Below are positions 29,682 through 40,594 of a stretch of 64,000 bases of DNA, piece by piece. Both the position numbers and the translations under genes were made by a program. Where the stretch lies: NCBI GenBank assembly GCA_963667175.2, contig CAXXXF010000005.1, positions 22,431 through 86,430 of the forward strand. The letters run 5' to 3'. The first letter of the stretch is position 1; each line of letters starts with the position of its first letter. The DNA is from Candidatus Latescibacterota bacterium. Its GTDB lineage: Bacteria; Latescibacterota; UBA2968; GCA-2709665. The notes under the pieces are model-generated. The model was given only the letters and a program-made list of their open reading frames with translations, ran no database searches and was not told where the DNA came from.

Positions 29682-31211
29682 TTACCGGACCATCGCCTGC
29701 ACTGCGTCACTTCCATTCAGAAAGATCGCGGTAGACGTTTCGGCCAAATCCGCCAGCGGCGCCCAGTACACACCGAACAGAAGCGTACCGACGAATAATA
29801 CCGCCAGGGTACCCGTGGCGAACGGAGATATCAAAACCGGCGTGTCGGAAAGAGGCTTCTCCAGGTACATGGCGCGCACGACCCTCGCGTAATAATACAG
29901 GGAAACGGCGCTGTTTAGCGCCCCTGCCACCGCCAGCCAGTAGAGCCCGCCGTCAACCACGGCGGCAAACAGATACACCTTTCCAACAAATCCCGCCGTA
30001 GGCGGCAATCCCGTGAGCGAAAAGAGAAACGCGGACATCGCCAGCGCAATCCAGGGCGACCGCCAGCCCAGACCCCTGTAATCCTCAATGTCTTCGCTGC
30101 CGATTTTTTCGGCCAACAGCAGTACGACCAGGAATGCACCCAGATTCATAAACAGATACGCGCCCGCGTAAAACATCACGGCTTTCAGACCCGACGACGA
30201 CAGCATCACCACGCCCATCATCATATAACCCGCGTGGGCGATACTCGAGTACGCCAGCAGTCTTTTCAGATTTCGCTGCCAGATGGCCGTCAGATTACCC
30301 AACGTCATCGTAAATGCGGAAATAAGGGCGAGCAACTGCGGCCAGGCCACGCCCAGTGCGACGCCGGCGCCCGAAGCGCCATCGTAAGCGGACAGACCCA
30401 CGTAAAAGAACCGCGCCAGCATGGCGAAACCGACCGCCTTCGGCGCAACCGAGAAAAACGCCGTCACGGGTGTGGGCGCGCCCTCGTAGACGTCAGGGCA
30501 CCAGAAATGAAACGGAACCGAGGCCACCTTGTAGCCGAATCCCGCCATCGCGAGGGTCGCTCCGAGAAACAGCGTCAGTTCATACGGCGAGGTGGTCTCC
30601 AGTCGAGCCGCGATTCCATAGATGTCCAGCGTCCCCGTCAATCCGTAGATCAATGAAAATCCGTACAGCATGATGCCCGACGACACCCCGCCGTAGACCA
30701 CGTATTTCAGCGCTGCCTCGTTGGATCGCCGGACCTGCTTCTGGTAACCGGCCAGTACGTACGACGGCAGACTGACCAGTTCGAGCGCCAGATACATCAT
30801 CAGCAGATTCGTGGCGCCGGCCATCAGGAAGCCGCCCAGCGCAACAGATAGAAAGAGCGCGTAGAATTCACCGATGCGATCGGCGCCGACGTCCCGCGAC
30901 TGCAGACCGAACAGCGTGACCACGATCGTTGTGACCACAATCAGCAGCTTGAAGAACAGGGCGAAGCCATCCAGTGCGATCATCCCCATGAACAGCGACC
31001 TGGGCGCCTCGTCGTACAACCCCGCGATCGAAGACAGGCAGAGTACGAGCGCGAGAAGCGACAGCGCCGTCAACACCGCCTTCTTCTTTCCGGTCAGGAC
31101 CAGATCGACGATCACGATGCCAATGATCGCGAACGTGACGATGATCTCCGGCCAGATGTATTGCAGGCCGTCCAGATTCACTGCGATCGCGTTTCCGATG
31201 GCCTCGGCCAA
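29682..31211 (-). CDS. nuoN: NADH-quinone oxidoreductase subunit N
   Basis: EAALKY, FKxxxVPFHFWCPDVYEGAP-type motif, KRLLAYSSIAHAGY. TTG start after an AGGAGG RBS. Confidence 0.95.
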   Translation of the reverse strand: MAEAIGNAIAVNLDGLQYIWPEIIVTFAIIGIVIVDLVLTGKKKAVLTALSLLALVLCLSSIAGLYDEAPRSLFMGMIALDGFALFFKLLIVVTTIVVTLFGLQSRDVGADRIGEFYALFLSVALGGFLMAGATNLLMMYLALELVSLPSYVLAGYQKQVRRSNEAALKYVVYGGVSSGIMLYGFSLIYGLTGTLDIYGIAARLETTSPYELTLFLGATLAMAGFGYKVASVPFHFWCPDVYEGAPTPVTAFFSVAPKAVGFAMLARFFYVGLSAYDGASGAGVALGVAWPQLLALISAFTMTLGNLTAIWQRNLKRLLAYSSIAHAGYMMMGVVMLSSSGLKAVMFYAGAYLFMNLGAFLVVLLLAEKIGSEDIEDYRGLGWRSPWIALAMSAFLFSLTGLPPTAGFVGKVYLFAAVVDGGLYWLAVAGALNSAVSLYYYARVVRAMYLEKPLSDTPVLISPFATGTLAVLFVGTLLFGVYWAPLADLAETSTAIFLNGSDAVQAMVR

Positions 31212-31283
31212 AGGGTCGTCCTCCTGTCTGCGTCGAGCCCGTACCGCACTGACGCTCAGCAAATCGGAGTTCCTGTTAAGCGA

Positions 31284-32861
31284 CTACTGCTGCAACGCGG
31301 ACACAACCGGTCCGTTCAGGTCCTTTACGAGCTCTCCAAGAGACTGCGCGAGAAGATCGAGAACCGGCGCCGGATAGACGCCCAGAACGATAACAATGAC
31401 CGCCAGCGGGGCCAGGCTGAAAATCTCGCGGCCGTTCATCTCGGGCAGGTCCTTCCACCGTTCGTTAAACGGACCCATGAACAGTCTCTGAAAGGCCCAG
31501 AGCATATACGCCGCGCCCAGAAGCACCCCGAGCGTGCCCAGGATGGTCATGGTGCGATGGACCTGGAATGCGCCCAGGAAACAGAGCGCCTCACTGATGA
31601 AACCCGAGAGGCCCGGTAATCCCAGTGCGGCGAAGTACGCCACCATCGTCAGACTGCCGTATACCGGCATCTGCGACCACAGACCGCCGAATCCCAGTTT
31701 TCCGCGCAGATCGGGATCTTCGTAATCATTGGGATACACGATATACCGGTGGTGCGCACGGTCGTATATGACACCCACCAGCAGAAACAACATCGCCGTA
31801 ATGGTGCCGTGGTTGAACATCTGGAATACCGCTCCGTTGATACCGTGGGGCGTAAACGAGGACATACCGAGCATTACGAACCCCATGTGACTGATGCTCG
31901 AGTATGCCACCAGCTTTTTCAAATCCGACTGCGCCATTGCGACGAGCGCGCCATAGATGATGTTTATGACCCCGATCACGGCCAGAAAATAACTGAAATC
32001 GCGGGTCACGTCCGGCAGCATCGGATAATTGAACCTCAGAATACCGTACGTGCCCATTTTCAGGAGCACGCCCGCCAGAATCACGCTGATGGCCGTCGGC
32101 GCTTCAACATGGGCGTCGGGAAGCCAGGTGTGGAACGGAAACAGCGGCACCTTTATGGCGAAACCGATGAACATGGCAATCCAGATCATTAGCGGAGCCG
32201 AATACCCGAAGATCACTCCGGCCCGCAACCATTCCGAGTGGTTCGCCTGGTCCATCATCACCAGCATATTGAACGTGTGTTTCCCCGTATCGGGATCGGT
32301 GACGTTGAAGTAGAACGCAAGCATCGCCAGCAATAGCAGAACGCTGCCCGCCAATGTATAAAGGAAGAATTTGATGGCCGCATATTCCTTTCGAGGGCCT
32401 CCCCAGATCCCGATGAGGAAATACATCGGCAACAGCATCACTTCCCAGAACACGTAGAACAGAAAGAAATCGAGCGACACGAACACACCCTGCATGCCGG
32501 TCTCGAGGAGCAGAAACAGTGCGAAATATCCCTTTGCCCCCCGTTGGATGTTCCAGGATGCGGGAACGCATAGGAAGCCCAGCAGCGCCGTCAACAGCAC
32601 CATCGAGACGCTCAGGCCGTCGATGCCCATATAATACTGGATGTTGAACGACTCGATCCAGGGAAGCCGCACCTCGTACTGCATATCGGGCACGGACCGA
32701 TCGAAATCCTGGAACAGCCAGACCGCCAGCAGAAGACAAAACCCGGTCGCAGCCAGCGCAACCCGGCGAATCGCATTCACCGACTTTCCGGGCAGGAGCA
32801 AAATCACCACGGCGCCGAGCACGGGAATAAACGTCAACAGTGTCAGAATCCATTGAGCCAT
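31284..32861 (-). CDS. nuoM: NADH-quinone oxidoreductase subunit M
   Basis: FYVFWE, AAIKFFLYT, HTWLPDAHVEAPT and AYSSISHMG motifs. Confidence 0.97.
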   Translation of the reverse strand: MAQWILTLLTFIPVLGAVVILLLPGKSVNAIRRVALAATGFCLLLAVWLFQDFDRSVPDMQYEVRLPWIESFNIQYYMGIDGLSVSMVLLTALLGFLCVPASWNIQRGAKGYFALFLLLETGMQGVFVSLDFFLFYVFWEVMLLPMYFLIGIWGGPRKEYAAIKFFLYTLAGSVLLLLAMLAFYFNVTDPDTGKHTFNMLVMMDQANHSEWLRAGVIFGYSAPLMIWIAMFIGFAIKVPLFPFHTWLPDAHVEAPTAISVILAGVLLKMGTYGILRFNYPMLPDVTRDFSYFLAVIGVINIIYGALVAMAQSDLKKLVAYSSISHMGFVMLGMSSFTPHGINGAVFQMFNHGTITAMLFLLVGVIYDRAHHRYIVYPNDYEDPDLRGKLGFGGLWSQMPVYGSLTMVAYFAALGLPGLSGFISEALCFLGAFQVHRTMTILGTLGVLLGAAYMLWAFQRLFMGPFNERWKDLPEMNGREIFSLAPLAVIVIVLGVYPAPVLDLLAQSLGELVKDLNGPVVSALQQ

Positions 32862-33089
32862 CTGTCGGCTACCTCCCTCATCGAAATCTCACGGCATACG
32901 GCGGACGGCTCGCAGGCCTGCCAGTGGCGCGCGCCTCATGCATTTCACCCGCGAGTGACCTGTTCCGAAAACGTCGTCATCATCCGGTTGCCGGTTCATC
33001 CGGTCCGGCTGTGTTGCGCTTGTCGAAGGGTCGAAGAATGCCGGTCGGACGGCTACGGGCAACCTGTTTCCGGGACACTGCGCGACGGA

Positions 33090-35177
33090 TCACGCAACCA
33101 TCAATCTGATGACCATCAGCGCCAGAATGCCTCCCATAACCAGGACCACGTACGTCTGAAGGCGACCTGTCTGAATGCGTCTCAGCCCGCCGCCGGCCCA
33201 CCTGATCACCCCGGCAACGGCGTTCACGAGGCCGTCGACTACCCATTCGTCAAACAGACGATCGATAAAGGAAATGCCGCGGGTTAACGTCGCGGACAGA
33301 TTCACGAGCCCGTCTACGACGCGGGCGTCGAACCAGTCCAAAACCGTGCGCCCGACCATGACCGCCCGAACAAAGCTGGCGTCGTACAGTTCGTCGAAAT
33401 ACCACTTGCGGTTCAGCGTTCGGAATAATCCACCCGACTGAAGCGACGACGCCTCCAGTGCGATCATCTCATCCCGCCGGTTGTAGTACTTGCGATATGC
33501 CGTATAGATGCCGGCCCCGGCAACAAGCAACGAGAGGACCATCGCCGGGTAGTGCGCCGCGTGGGAAGCGTCGCCGCCCGACCCGGCCGCATAAACTTCG
33601 GCGCCTGCCCCAACCGGCGACGTTGCGCCTCCAGCGGCTTGCAGCCCCACGTCAGGCGCCCTCACGAGGTGGTGAAACCAGCCCTCTCCCCCCAGCGGGT
33701 TCCAGGCATAGAAGATCCAGAAACTCAGTGCCGCGAGCACAACCAGCGGAACGGTCATGACGCCAGGGGACTCGTGGGCGTTTTCGACAAGGGACTTCTC
33801 CCGCGGCTCTCCGTAAAACGTGAGGAAAATCAGTCTGAACATGTAAAAGGCCGTCAATCCGGCCGCGGCAAACCCGATCAGCGGCAACAGGAAATGGACC
33901 GGCCGGGAGAAACCGCCAAACCCGAGTGCTCCCGCCAGTATTGCGTCTTTACTGAGAAAACCGGAGGTCAGCGGCACTCCCGCCAGGGCCACGGTCGCAA
34001 TCAGAAAGGTCCAGAAGGTCAACGGCATCTTCGCCCGCAGCCCGCCCATATTCCGCATATCCTGCGGGTCGAGGTCGTTCTTCGTCTTATGGAACGCGTG
34101 TTCCACCGCATGGATGACGCTGCCCGATCCGAGGAAGAGACAGGCCTTGAAGGCCGCGTGCGTCATCAGATGAAAAAACCCCGCCACGTACGCGCCGACG
34201 CCCAGCCCCATGATCATGTATCCCAACTGGCTGATGGTCGAATATGCCAGGACACGTTTGATATCGTACTGCGCCACGGCGATGGTCGCGCCCAGAATTG
34301 CCGTGATCGCTCCGATGTAGGCGATCACAACAAGCGCGTCCGGCGTGAGGATCGGGAACATCCTCGTTACCATATACACACCCGCGGCAACCATGGTCGC
34401 GGCATGGATCAGGGCGCTGACGGGCGTGGGGCCCTCCATGGCGTCTGGCAGCCAGACGTGCAGTGGAAACTGCGCCGACTTTCCCACCGCGCCGCAGAAC
34501 AGACACAGACCCGCAGCGGTCAGCAGTCCCCCGCCGAGCCGCCCGCTGGCAACCCCGTCGTAGACACTCGCGTAATCGAAAGCGCCGACCTTCCAGAAAA
34601 CGATCATGATGCCCACGAAAAAGCCCAGGTCCCCCACCCTGTTTACCAGGAACGCTTTCTTGCAGGCCGCAGCCGCCGAAGGCCTTTCGTACCAGAAGCC
34701 GATAAGCAGATAGGAAGAGAGACCCACGAGTTCCCAGAACACATAGAGCAGCAGAAAATTGTCGACCAGAACCAGGCCCAGCATCGAGAACGAAAAAATG
34801 GCCAGGAACCCGAAAAACCGCGAATAGCGCGGGTCTCCGTGCATATAGCCGACCGAATAGAGGTGCACCAGTCCGCTTACGACCGTGACAACCATCAGCA
34901 TGACCGCGGTGATATTGTCGAGCAGCACGCCGACGGCAATCTTCGCAACGCTCAGGTCCAGCCAGACCCACGAATCGAGTTCGAGGCGCCAGGCCGGGTC
35001 GTAGGCAGAGAACGCGAGGATGAAGTACCGGAGAGAAAGCAGAAACGAAATGGAAATCGCAGCGAGGGGTACCCAATCGCCCCCGCGGGGCAGGCGCCGC
35101 CCCCAGAACGCCTGTATGGCAAACGCCATGAGGGGCAGTACAGGGATCAACAGGATCAGGAGCAGATCTAAGGGCAT
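33090..35177 (-). CDS. nuoL: NADH-quinone oxidoreductase subunit L
   Basis: GKSAQFPLHVWLPDAMEGPTPVSALIHAATMV; C-terminal IQTGRLQTY. Confidence 0.97.
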   Translation of the reverse strand: MPLDLLLILLIPVLPLMAFAIQAFWGRRLPRGGDWVPLAAISISFLLSLRYFILAFSAYDPAWRLELDSWVWLDLSVAKIAVGVLLDNITAVMLMVVTVVSGLVHLYSVGYMHGDPRYSRFFGFLAIFSFSMLGLVLVDNFLLLYVFWELVGLSSYLLIGFWYERPSAAAACKKAFLVNRVGDLGFFVGIMIVFWKVGAFDYASVYDGVASGRLGGGLLTAAGLCLFCGAVGKSAQFPLHVWLPDAMEGPTPVSALIHAATMVAAGVYMVTRMFPILTPDALVVIAYIGAITAILGATIAVAQYDIKRVLAYSTISQLGYMIMGLGVGAYVAGFFHLMTHAAFKACLFLGSGSVIHAVEHAFHKTKNDLDPQDMRNMGGLRAKMPLTFWTFLIATVALAGVPLTSGFLSKDAILAGALGFGGFSRPVHFLLPLIGFAAAGLTAFYMFRLIFLTFYGEPREKSLVENAHESPGVMTVPLVVLAALSFWIFYAWNPLGGEGWFHHLVRAPDVGLQAAGGATSPVGAGAEVYAAGSGGDASHAAHYPAMVLSLLVAGAGIYTAYRKYYNRRDEMIALEASSLQSGGLFRTLNRKWYFDELYDASFVRAVMVGRTVLDWFDARVVDGLVNLSATLTRGISFIDRLFDEWVVDGLVNAVAGVIRWAGGGLRRIQTGRLQTYVVLVMGGILALMVIRLMVA

Positions 35178-35194
35178 TCACTCCCCCGGAAACG

Positions 35195-35500
35195 TCAACC
35201 GCTTAATGAGTCCAGTCTGTCTATATTAACCATCTGATAATTACGATAGATATTCAGAACGATCGCCAGCGCAACCGCCGCTTCGGCCGCGGCGAGGACG
35301 ATAACGAACACGGCGAATACCTGGCCCCCGAATCCAGAATCGGTGAACCGCGCGAACGCGACCAGATTGAGGTTGGCGGCATTCAGAATGAGTTCCACCC
35401 CCATCAGGATGCTGATTGCGTTGCGGCGGGTGGCAACGGCCAGAATACCCAGACAAAACAGAATGGCCGCCACGACCAGATAGTGCTCCAGCGCGATCAT
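35195..35500 (-). CDS. nuoK: NADH-quinone oxidoreductase subunit K
   Basis: RRNAISILMGVELILNAANLN and AAEAAVALA motifs. Confidence 0.96.
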   Translation of the reverse strand: MIALEHYLVVAAILFCLGILAVATRRNAISILMGVELILNAANLNLVAFARFTDSGFGGQVFAVFVIVLAAAEAAVALAIVLNIYRNYQMVNIDRLDSLSG

Positions 35501-36018
35501 AACTCCCCCTCATCCTCCTCCTGCCCCTTTCCTGTGCCGGCCAGCATCGAAGCGCCGAGCAGGGCCGCCAGCAGCAGCATTCCGGCCGCCTCGAACGGCA
35601 GGACGTACGTCGTCATGAGGGACTTCCCGATTTCCGCTGTACTGGAAGCCGCCGACGGACCTTCGGACAGCGGCCACGCCGTCTTCATGATCACCAGGAC
35701 CAGCAGTGCGAATCCGGCGCCGACGACAACCACACTGGGCAGAAACTGCACCCGCTCGGCCAGAAGATTCAAATCGTAGATCCGGTTGGTCAACATCACA
35801 CCGAAGAGCAGCAGAATCAGAATCCCGCCGACGTAGATCAGTACCTGCGCGCCCGCCAGGAAGTCTGCGTCGAGAAAGACGTACAGTCCGGCGACACCGA
35901 AAAACGTAAACAAGAGGGCAAACACCGCGTAGATCAGACGGCTTGCGAACACGACCGCGGCCGCCGACCCGACGGTCACCGCGGCGAAGAGGTAGAATAC
36001 GATCGTCGATAGTTCCAT
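35497..36018 (-). CDS. nuoJ: NADH-quinone oxidoreductase subunit J
   Basis: QVLIYVGGI and YVLPFE motifs; position between nuoI and nuoK. Confidence 0.95.
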   Translation of the reverse strand: MELSTIVFYLFAAVTVGSAAAVVFASRLIYAVFALLFTFFGVAGLYVFLDADFLAGAQVLIYVGGILILLLFGVMLTNRIYDLNLLAERVQFLPSVVVVGAGFALLVLVIMKTAWPLSEGPSAASSTAEIGKSLMTTYVLPFEAAGMLLLAALLGASMLAGTGKGQEEDEGEL

Positions 36019-36108
36019 ATGCCAACCAATCCTGGGCGTCCCGCGCCCGCGGCAGATTGCTTGCGTGTGCCGGGACCGGCGCAGGCGTTTCTCGCGCTTC
36101 ACTTCCCG

Positions 36109-36594
36109 TTATCGTTCCGAAGACTCCGCCCCGGCGGGCTTTTTTTCGTAATCCCAGGGACGTGCGTAGCGGTAGATCAGGTCCGTCCGGTCGTAGACGG
36201 ACGATTCGTAATTCGGGGTCATGATCAGGCATTCCGTAGGGCAGGGATACGTACACAGGCCGCAATAGCAGCAGAGCCCCATGTCGATGTCGAAACGGAG
36301 AACCTTCAACCGTTTCTTGGTCCCCTTGGACGTCAGGCCGAGATCCTCGTCAGGACCTGCTTTTTCGCACTCGATGTAGATGCAGTCCACCGGACATGCT
36401 CTTGCGCACTGATCGCACCCGATGCAGTCGTCGATATCGTTGAACAACTGGTTGCGCGACCGTTCCGGCATCTGCCAGCGCTCGTCCGGGTACTCCAGCG
36501 TAATCGAAGGCGTGAACAGATGCTTCAACGTGATATTCAAGCCTGTCCAGATGGATGCCGCCGACTGATAGAGATTCCTGAAATACGATGCCAT
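36109..36594 (-). CDS. nuoI: NADH-quinone oxidoreductase subunit I (2x[4Fe-4S])
   Basis: TLEYP, CIGCDQCARACP and CCYCGLCTYPCP motifs. Confidence 0.95.
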   Translation of the reverse strand: MASYFRNLYQSAASIWTGLNITLKHLFTPSITLEYPDERWQMPERSRNQLFNDIDDCIGCDQCARACPVDCIYIECEKAGPDEDLGLTSKGTKKRLKVLRFDIDMGLCCYCGLCTYPCPTECLIMTPNYESSVYDRTDLIYRYARPWDYEKKPAGAESSER

Positions 36595-36655
36595 TGCGTC
36601 ACCTATGGAGAAGGAGTCCGTAAGATTCCGAGTGTGGACCAACGCCCCGAACTTA

Positions 36656-37828
36656 TCAGCCCGTGTGGGCGCGCTGCGTCCGCCCCTGCATCAAGCCCTG
36701 GGCGGCGGAACGCAAGAGGAAGGCGAGACCGACCGCCGTCACGCCCATCAGTCCTACCTTGGCGAGTTCCTGCAGCCACTCCGGAGCGGCAAAGTGCCAG
36801 ACAACCGACCCCAGCAGGCACAGAAACGCGGCCGGCGTGAGTACCTTCCAGCCCACGAACATCAGCTGATCGACGCGCAACCGCGGAAGGGTCCAGCGAA
36901 TCCACATCTGCACCGCGACCAACAGCAGTCCCTTTCCGATCATCCAGACGGGACCGGCCGGAAACGAACCGCCCCACGGCGCCTGCCAGCCGCCCAGAAA
37001 CACGACCGCCCCGACCATGCCCACGGCAACCATCGCCGCATATTCCGCCACGAAAAAGAACGAGAATCGCATGCCGCTGTATTCGGTGTGATACCCCGCC
37101 ACCAGTTCGGATTCGGCTTCGGGGATATCGAACGGCGTCCGGTTGACCTCTGCGAGCGAGGCGATGAAGTAAAGAATGAACGCGAGGAACGTAAAGGGAT
37201 TGCGAAAAACGAACCAGTGATACATCGATCCGGACTGCGCCGCGACCAGTTCCTGCGTGCTCAGAGTGCCCACAAGAGGGATCACACTCAGAAACGCCAT
37301 GGCCACGGGAATCTCGTAGCTGACGACCTGCGCCGCCGAGCGCATCGCACCGAGCAGAGACCACTTGTTGTTGGACGCCCATCCGGCCATGAGAATGCCA
37401 AGCACGCCCAGCGACGAAATGGCGAGAATATAAAAGATCCCGATGTTCAGGTCGCTCACGATAAGGCTGCCGCCGAAAGGAATGCACACGAAGATCGCCA
37501 GGGTTCCGGAAAAGACGAGGAGGGGCGCCAGAATGAACAGGCCTTTATCCGCGGCTGCCGGAATGATGTCCTCCTTAAGCAGCAGCTTGACGCCGTCGGC
37601 AATCGGCTGGGCCCAGCCGTGCCAACCCCCGGTTCGCATCGGCCCCAGACGGTCCTGGATGTGAGCGGAAATCTTCATTTCCATATAAACCATGATCAGG
37701 CCCAGAACGGCGACGAGCGTGACGACGACGATCCCGGCGAGCAGACCCAGCGCAACGGACAACAGACCGATCGGCACCTCGCTCAAGAGTTCCACCTGAT
37801 CTACGAGAGCCGCCGCTAATTCGAGCAT
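36656..37828 (-). CDS. nuoH: NADH-quinone oxidoreductase subunit H
   Basis: QDRLGP, ADGVKLLLKE, NRTPFDIPEAESELVAGYHTEYSG and PRLRVDQL motifs. Confidence 0.97.
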   Translation of the reverse strand: MLELAAALVDQVELLSEVPIGLLSVALGLLAGIVVVTLVAVLGLIMVYMEMKISAHIQDRLGPMRTGGWHGWAQPIADGVKLLLKEDIIPAAADKGLFILAPLLVFSGTLAIFVCIPFGGSLIVSDLNIGIFYILAISSLGVLGILMAGWASNNKWSLLGAMRSAAQVVSYEIPVAMAFLSVIPLVGTLSTQELVAAQSGSMYHWFVFRNPFTFLAFILYFIASLAEVNRTPFDIPEAESELVAGYHTEYSGMRFSFFFVAEYAAMVAVGMVGAVVFLGGWQAPWGGSFPAGPVWMIGKGLLLVAVQMWIRWTLPRLRVDQLMFVGWKVLTPAAFLCLLGSVVWHFAAPEWLQELAKVGLMGVTAVGLAFLLRSAAQGLMQGRTQRAHTG

Positions 37829-37837
37829 AAGGCAATC

Positions 37838-39037
37838 CTAACGGTCGATCTCACCCAGTACGATATCGATGCTTCCGATAATGGCGATAATGTCCGCCAG
37901 ATAATGGCCCCGGGCAAGTTCGTCGAAAACACTCATCACCGTAAAGCAGGGCGACTTCACCCGTACCCGGTACGGCACGTTCGATCCGTCGCTGATCACG
38001 TAAACCCCCAATTCGCCCCGGGGGTTTTCGCTTCGCACGTAACACTCGGCGTCTTTGGGTGGACGCACGTTCCGGGGGACCGCCGCCTGTACGTCGCCGC
38101 CTTCGGGCAACTGATCGAGCGCCTGGGACACGATCCTTGCGCTTTGCTCCATCTCGCGAATCCGCACCATGTACCGGTCCCAGCAATCCCCCAGGGTCCC
38201 CATCTCGCCCCTGCCACAGGGCACGTCGAATTCGAACCGGTCGTATATTGAATACGGTTCGTCGCGGCGCAGGTCCCACTTCACCCCGCACCCCCGGAGA
38301 TTGGGGCCGGTAACGTTGTGGCTGTACGCCGACTTCAGGGCAAGCACGCCGACGTTGGCCGTGCGTTCGATAAAGATCTTATTGTACGTCAGCAGGTCGT
38401 TATACTCTTTCAGCTTCCCTTCGAACGCGGCCAGGAAGTGCCGGCAGCGCTCCACGAATCCCGGCGGCAGATCGTGAGAGACCCCTCCCACCCAGATGTA
38501 GTTGTACAACATCCGGGCTCCGCACGTCATTTCAAACAGGTCGAAAATGTCCTCCCGTTCTCGGAAGGCAAACAAAAAGGGCGTAAACGCCCCGATATCC
38601 ATTCCATAGGTCCCGAACGAAACCAGGTGGCTCGCAATCCGGTTCAACTCGCACATGATGACCCGGATGTACTCCACGCGCTCCGGAATCTCGAGCCCCA
38701 GGAGTTTTTCGACCGCCAGCACGTACCCCAGGTTGTTGTTCATTGCCGCCAGGTAATCCATTCGGTCCGTGAATGGGATCACCTGCGGATACGGCAGGTT
38801 TTCGGCATGCTTTTCGAAGCATCGATGCAGATAACCTATATGGGGTTTCGCCTCCTCGACGATTTCTCCGTCTGTCCTGATTTCCAGACGCAGCACCCCG
38901 TGCGTACTCGGATGCTGGGGTCCCATATTTATGGTCATCAGTTCACTGTTGAGATTGTCCTCCCCCGTGTCCGCTGCCGGCGGCAGACCCGGCCGCTCTA
39001 CCGTCACGTCTGCCGCCGCCCGTGGAATCCCTGCCAT
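37838..39037 (-). CDS. nuoD: NADH-quinone oxidoreductase subunit D
   Basis: NMGPQHPSTHGVLRL, GYLHR and a C-terminal GEIDR. Confidence 0.97.
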   Translation of the reverse strand: MAGIPRAAADVTVERPGLPPAADTGEDNLNSELMTINMGPQHPSTHGVLRLEIRTDGEIVEEAKPHIGYLHRCFEKHAENLPYPQVIPFTDRMDYLAAMNNNLGYVLAVEKLLGLEIPERVEYIRVIMCELNRIASHLVSFGTYGMDIGAFTPFLFAFREREDIFDLFEMTCGARMLYNYIWVGGVSHDLPPGFVERCRHFLAAFEGKLKEYNDLLTYNKIFIERTANVGVLALKSAYSHNVTGPNLRGCGVKWDLRRDEPYSIYDRFEFDVPCGRGEMGTLGDCWDRYMVRIREMEQSARIVSQALDQLPEGGDVQAAVPRNVRPPKDAECYVRSENPRGELGVYVISDGSNVPYRVRVKSPCFTVMSVFDELARGHYLADIIAIIGSIDIVLGEIDR

Positions 39038-39040
39038 AAT

Positions 39041-39511
39041 TTATACCTCAACCCTGATGCCGCGATAATATTCCTGCACCTCGTAATCCTTGCGCAGGGG
39101 CCAGCCTTCCCAGTCGTCGGGACACAGGATGCGCCGCAGGTCGCCGTGGCCGTCGAAAACGATCCCGAACATATCGAACGTTTCGCGCTCGTGCCAGTTC
39201 GCCACCCGCCATACCCCTTCCACGGACGGCATATGGGGATCGTCTCTACCCACCTCCGTCTTCAATGTAATCTTGTGCCCCAGAGACGTGGAGAACAGAT
39301 GATAGATCACCGCAAGGTGTTTCGGATAATCCACCCCGCTCAGACACATCAGAGACTCGAACCGCATCGCCTCGTCGTCCCGAAGGTACAGGCCGATTTC
39401 GGCAATTGCGCCGGCATTCACGCGAATGAACGGATCCACGTTTTCCGTAAGATCCACAACCCGGTCGCCGAACGTCGACTTCAGCCGGTCGAAGATCTCC
39501 TGCGGTGTCAT
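39041..39511 (-). CDS. nuoC: NADH-quinone oxidoreductase subunit C
   Basis: ANWHERETFDMFGIVFDGHGDLRRILCPDDWEGWPLRKDY. Confidence 0.96.
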   Translation of the reverse strand: MTPQEIFDRLKSTFGDRVVDLTENVDPFIRVNAGAIAEIGLYLRDDEAMRFESLMCLSGVDYPKHLAVIYHLFSTSLGHKITLKTEVGRDDPHMPSVEGVWRVANWHERETFDMFGIVFDGHGDLRRILCPDDWEGWPLRKDYEVQEYYRGIRVEV

Positions 39512-39554
39512 TGACTGCCTCCAGCCGCTCTCCGGCAAAGACTGCTGTCGAAAC

Positions 39555-40040
39555 TCAACTCACTTTCGCGATGGAATCGATGCGGATCTTGTCCTGGAGT
39601 TTCATTACGCCCTCGAGCAGGGCCTCCGGCCTCGGCGGGCAGCCCGGGACGTAGACGTCGACCGGCACGACCCGGTCAACACCCTTCAAGACGTGGTAAC
39701 CGTGCTGCCAGTACGGGCCACCGGACGTGGCGCAGCAACCCATGGACATCACGTACCGGGGCTCAGCCATCTGGTCGTACAATTTCTTCACGCGCGTGGC
39801 CATTTTCAGGGTCACCGTACCGGCCACGATCATCAGATCGGACTGCCGGGGCGTGGCGCGCGGGACCATGCCCAGTCGCGACCAGTCGTATCTCGACGCG
39901 CCCGTGGCCATCATTTCGATGGCGCAGCACGCCAATCCGAACGTCATCGGCCAGAGCGAAGACAACCGCGCCCAATTTACGAAATAATCGACCGACGTCA
40001 CGATGACGTTATCCTGGAAACGACCTGTGAGCTTTCCCAT
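39555..40040 (-). CDS. nuoB: NADH-quinone oxidoreductase subunit B (operon copy)
   Basis: [15 protein letters not shown] and PGCPPRPE motifs. Confidence 0.96.
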   Translation of the reverse strand: MGKLTGRFQDNVIVTSVDYFVNWARLSSLWPMTFGLACCAIEMMATGASRYDWSRLGMVPRATPRQSDLMIVAGTVTLKMATRVKKLYDQMAEPRYVMSMGCCATSGGPYWQHGYHVLKGVDRVVPVDVYVPGCPPRPEALLEGVMKLQDKIRIDSIAKVS

Positions 40041-40174
40041 AGAAGGGCCTGCCTCCTGAAGCACTCAGCGGGACTGATTAACGTGAAACGCCGTGAATGA
40101 AACGCGGGTACGCAAGAGAGGGCGGCCTTGATTCGGTTCCCGCGCCCGCGACGGGCTCAGTTCCGGCGGGCGGA

Positions 40175-40594
40175 TCAGCCCGCGCGGCCACCCGTTGTCG
40201 AAGCGGCCACCGGCGCCTGCCGCTCCGACAGCTTGGGACGGACCCATTCCAGGGCCCCCTTCCGCCAGGCGTACGCCAGGCCGAGAAGGAGCACCACCAC
40301 GAAAACAGACATTGCGCCAAAGCCGTACCAGCCGAAATCATTCGCCACCACCGCCCACGGATACAGCAGTACGACTTCGACGTCGAAGATGATGAAATCC
40401 AGGGCGATCACGTAAAACCGGATATTGAATTGAATCCACGATCCGCCCACGGGCTCTTCACCGCATTCGTACGTACTCAGTTTCTCCGCACTGGGATTCC
40501 GGGGCCGGATCAGACTCCCAATGAACAGATTGACGACCACGAAGAGCCCGCCGATCCCCAGAAAAATCAGGACGTTGGCATATTGATCCAGCAT
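40175..40594 (-). CDS. nuoA: NADH-quinone oxidoreductase subunit A
   Basis: YECGE, FIIFDVE and WRKGALEW motifs. Confidence 0.96.
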   Translation of the reverse strand: MLDQYANVLIFLGIGGLFVVVNLFIGSLIRPRNPSAEKLSTYECGEEPVGGSWIQFNIRFYVIALDFIIFDVEVVLLYPWAVVANDFGWYGFGAMSVFVVVLLLGLAYAWRKGALEWVRPKLSERQAPVAASTTGGRAG

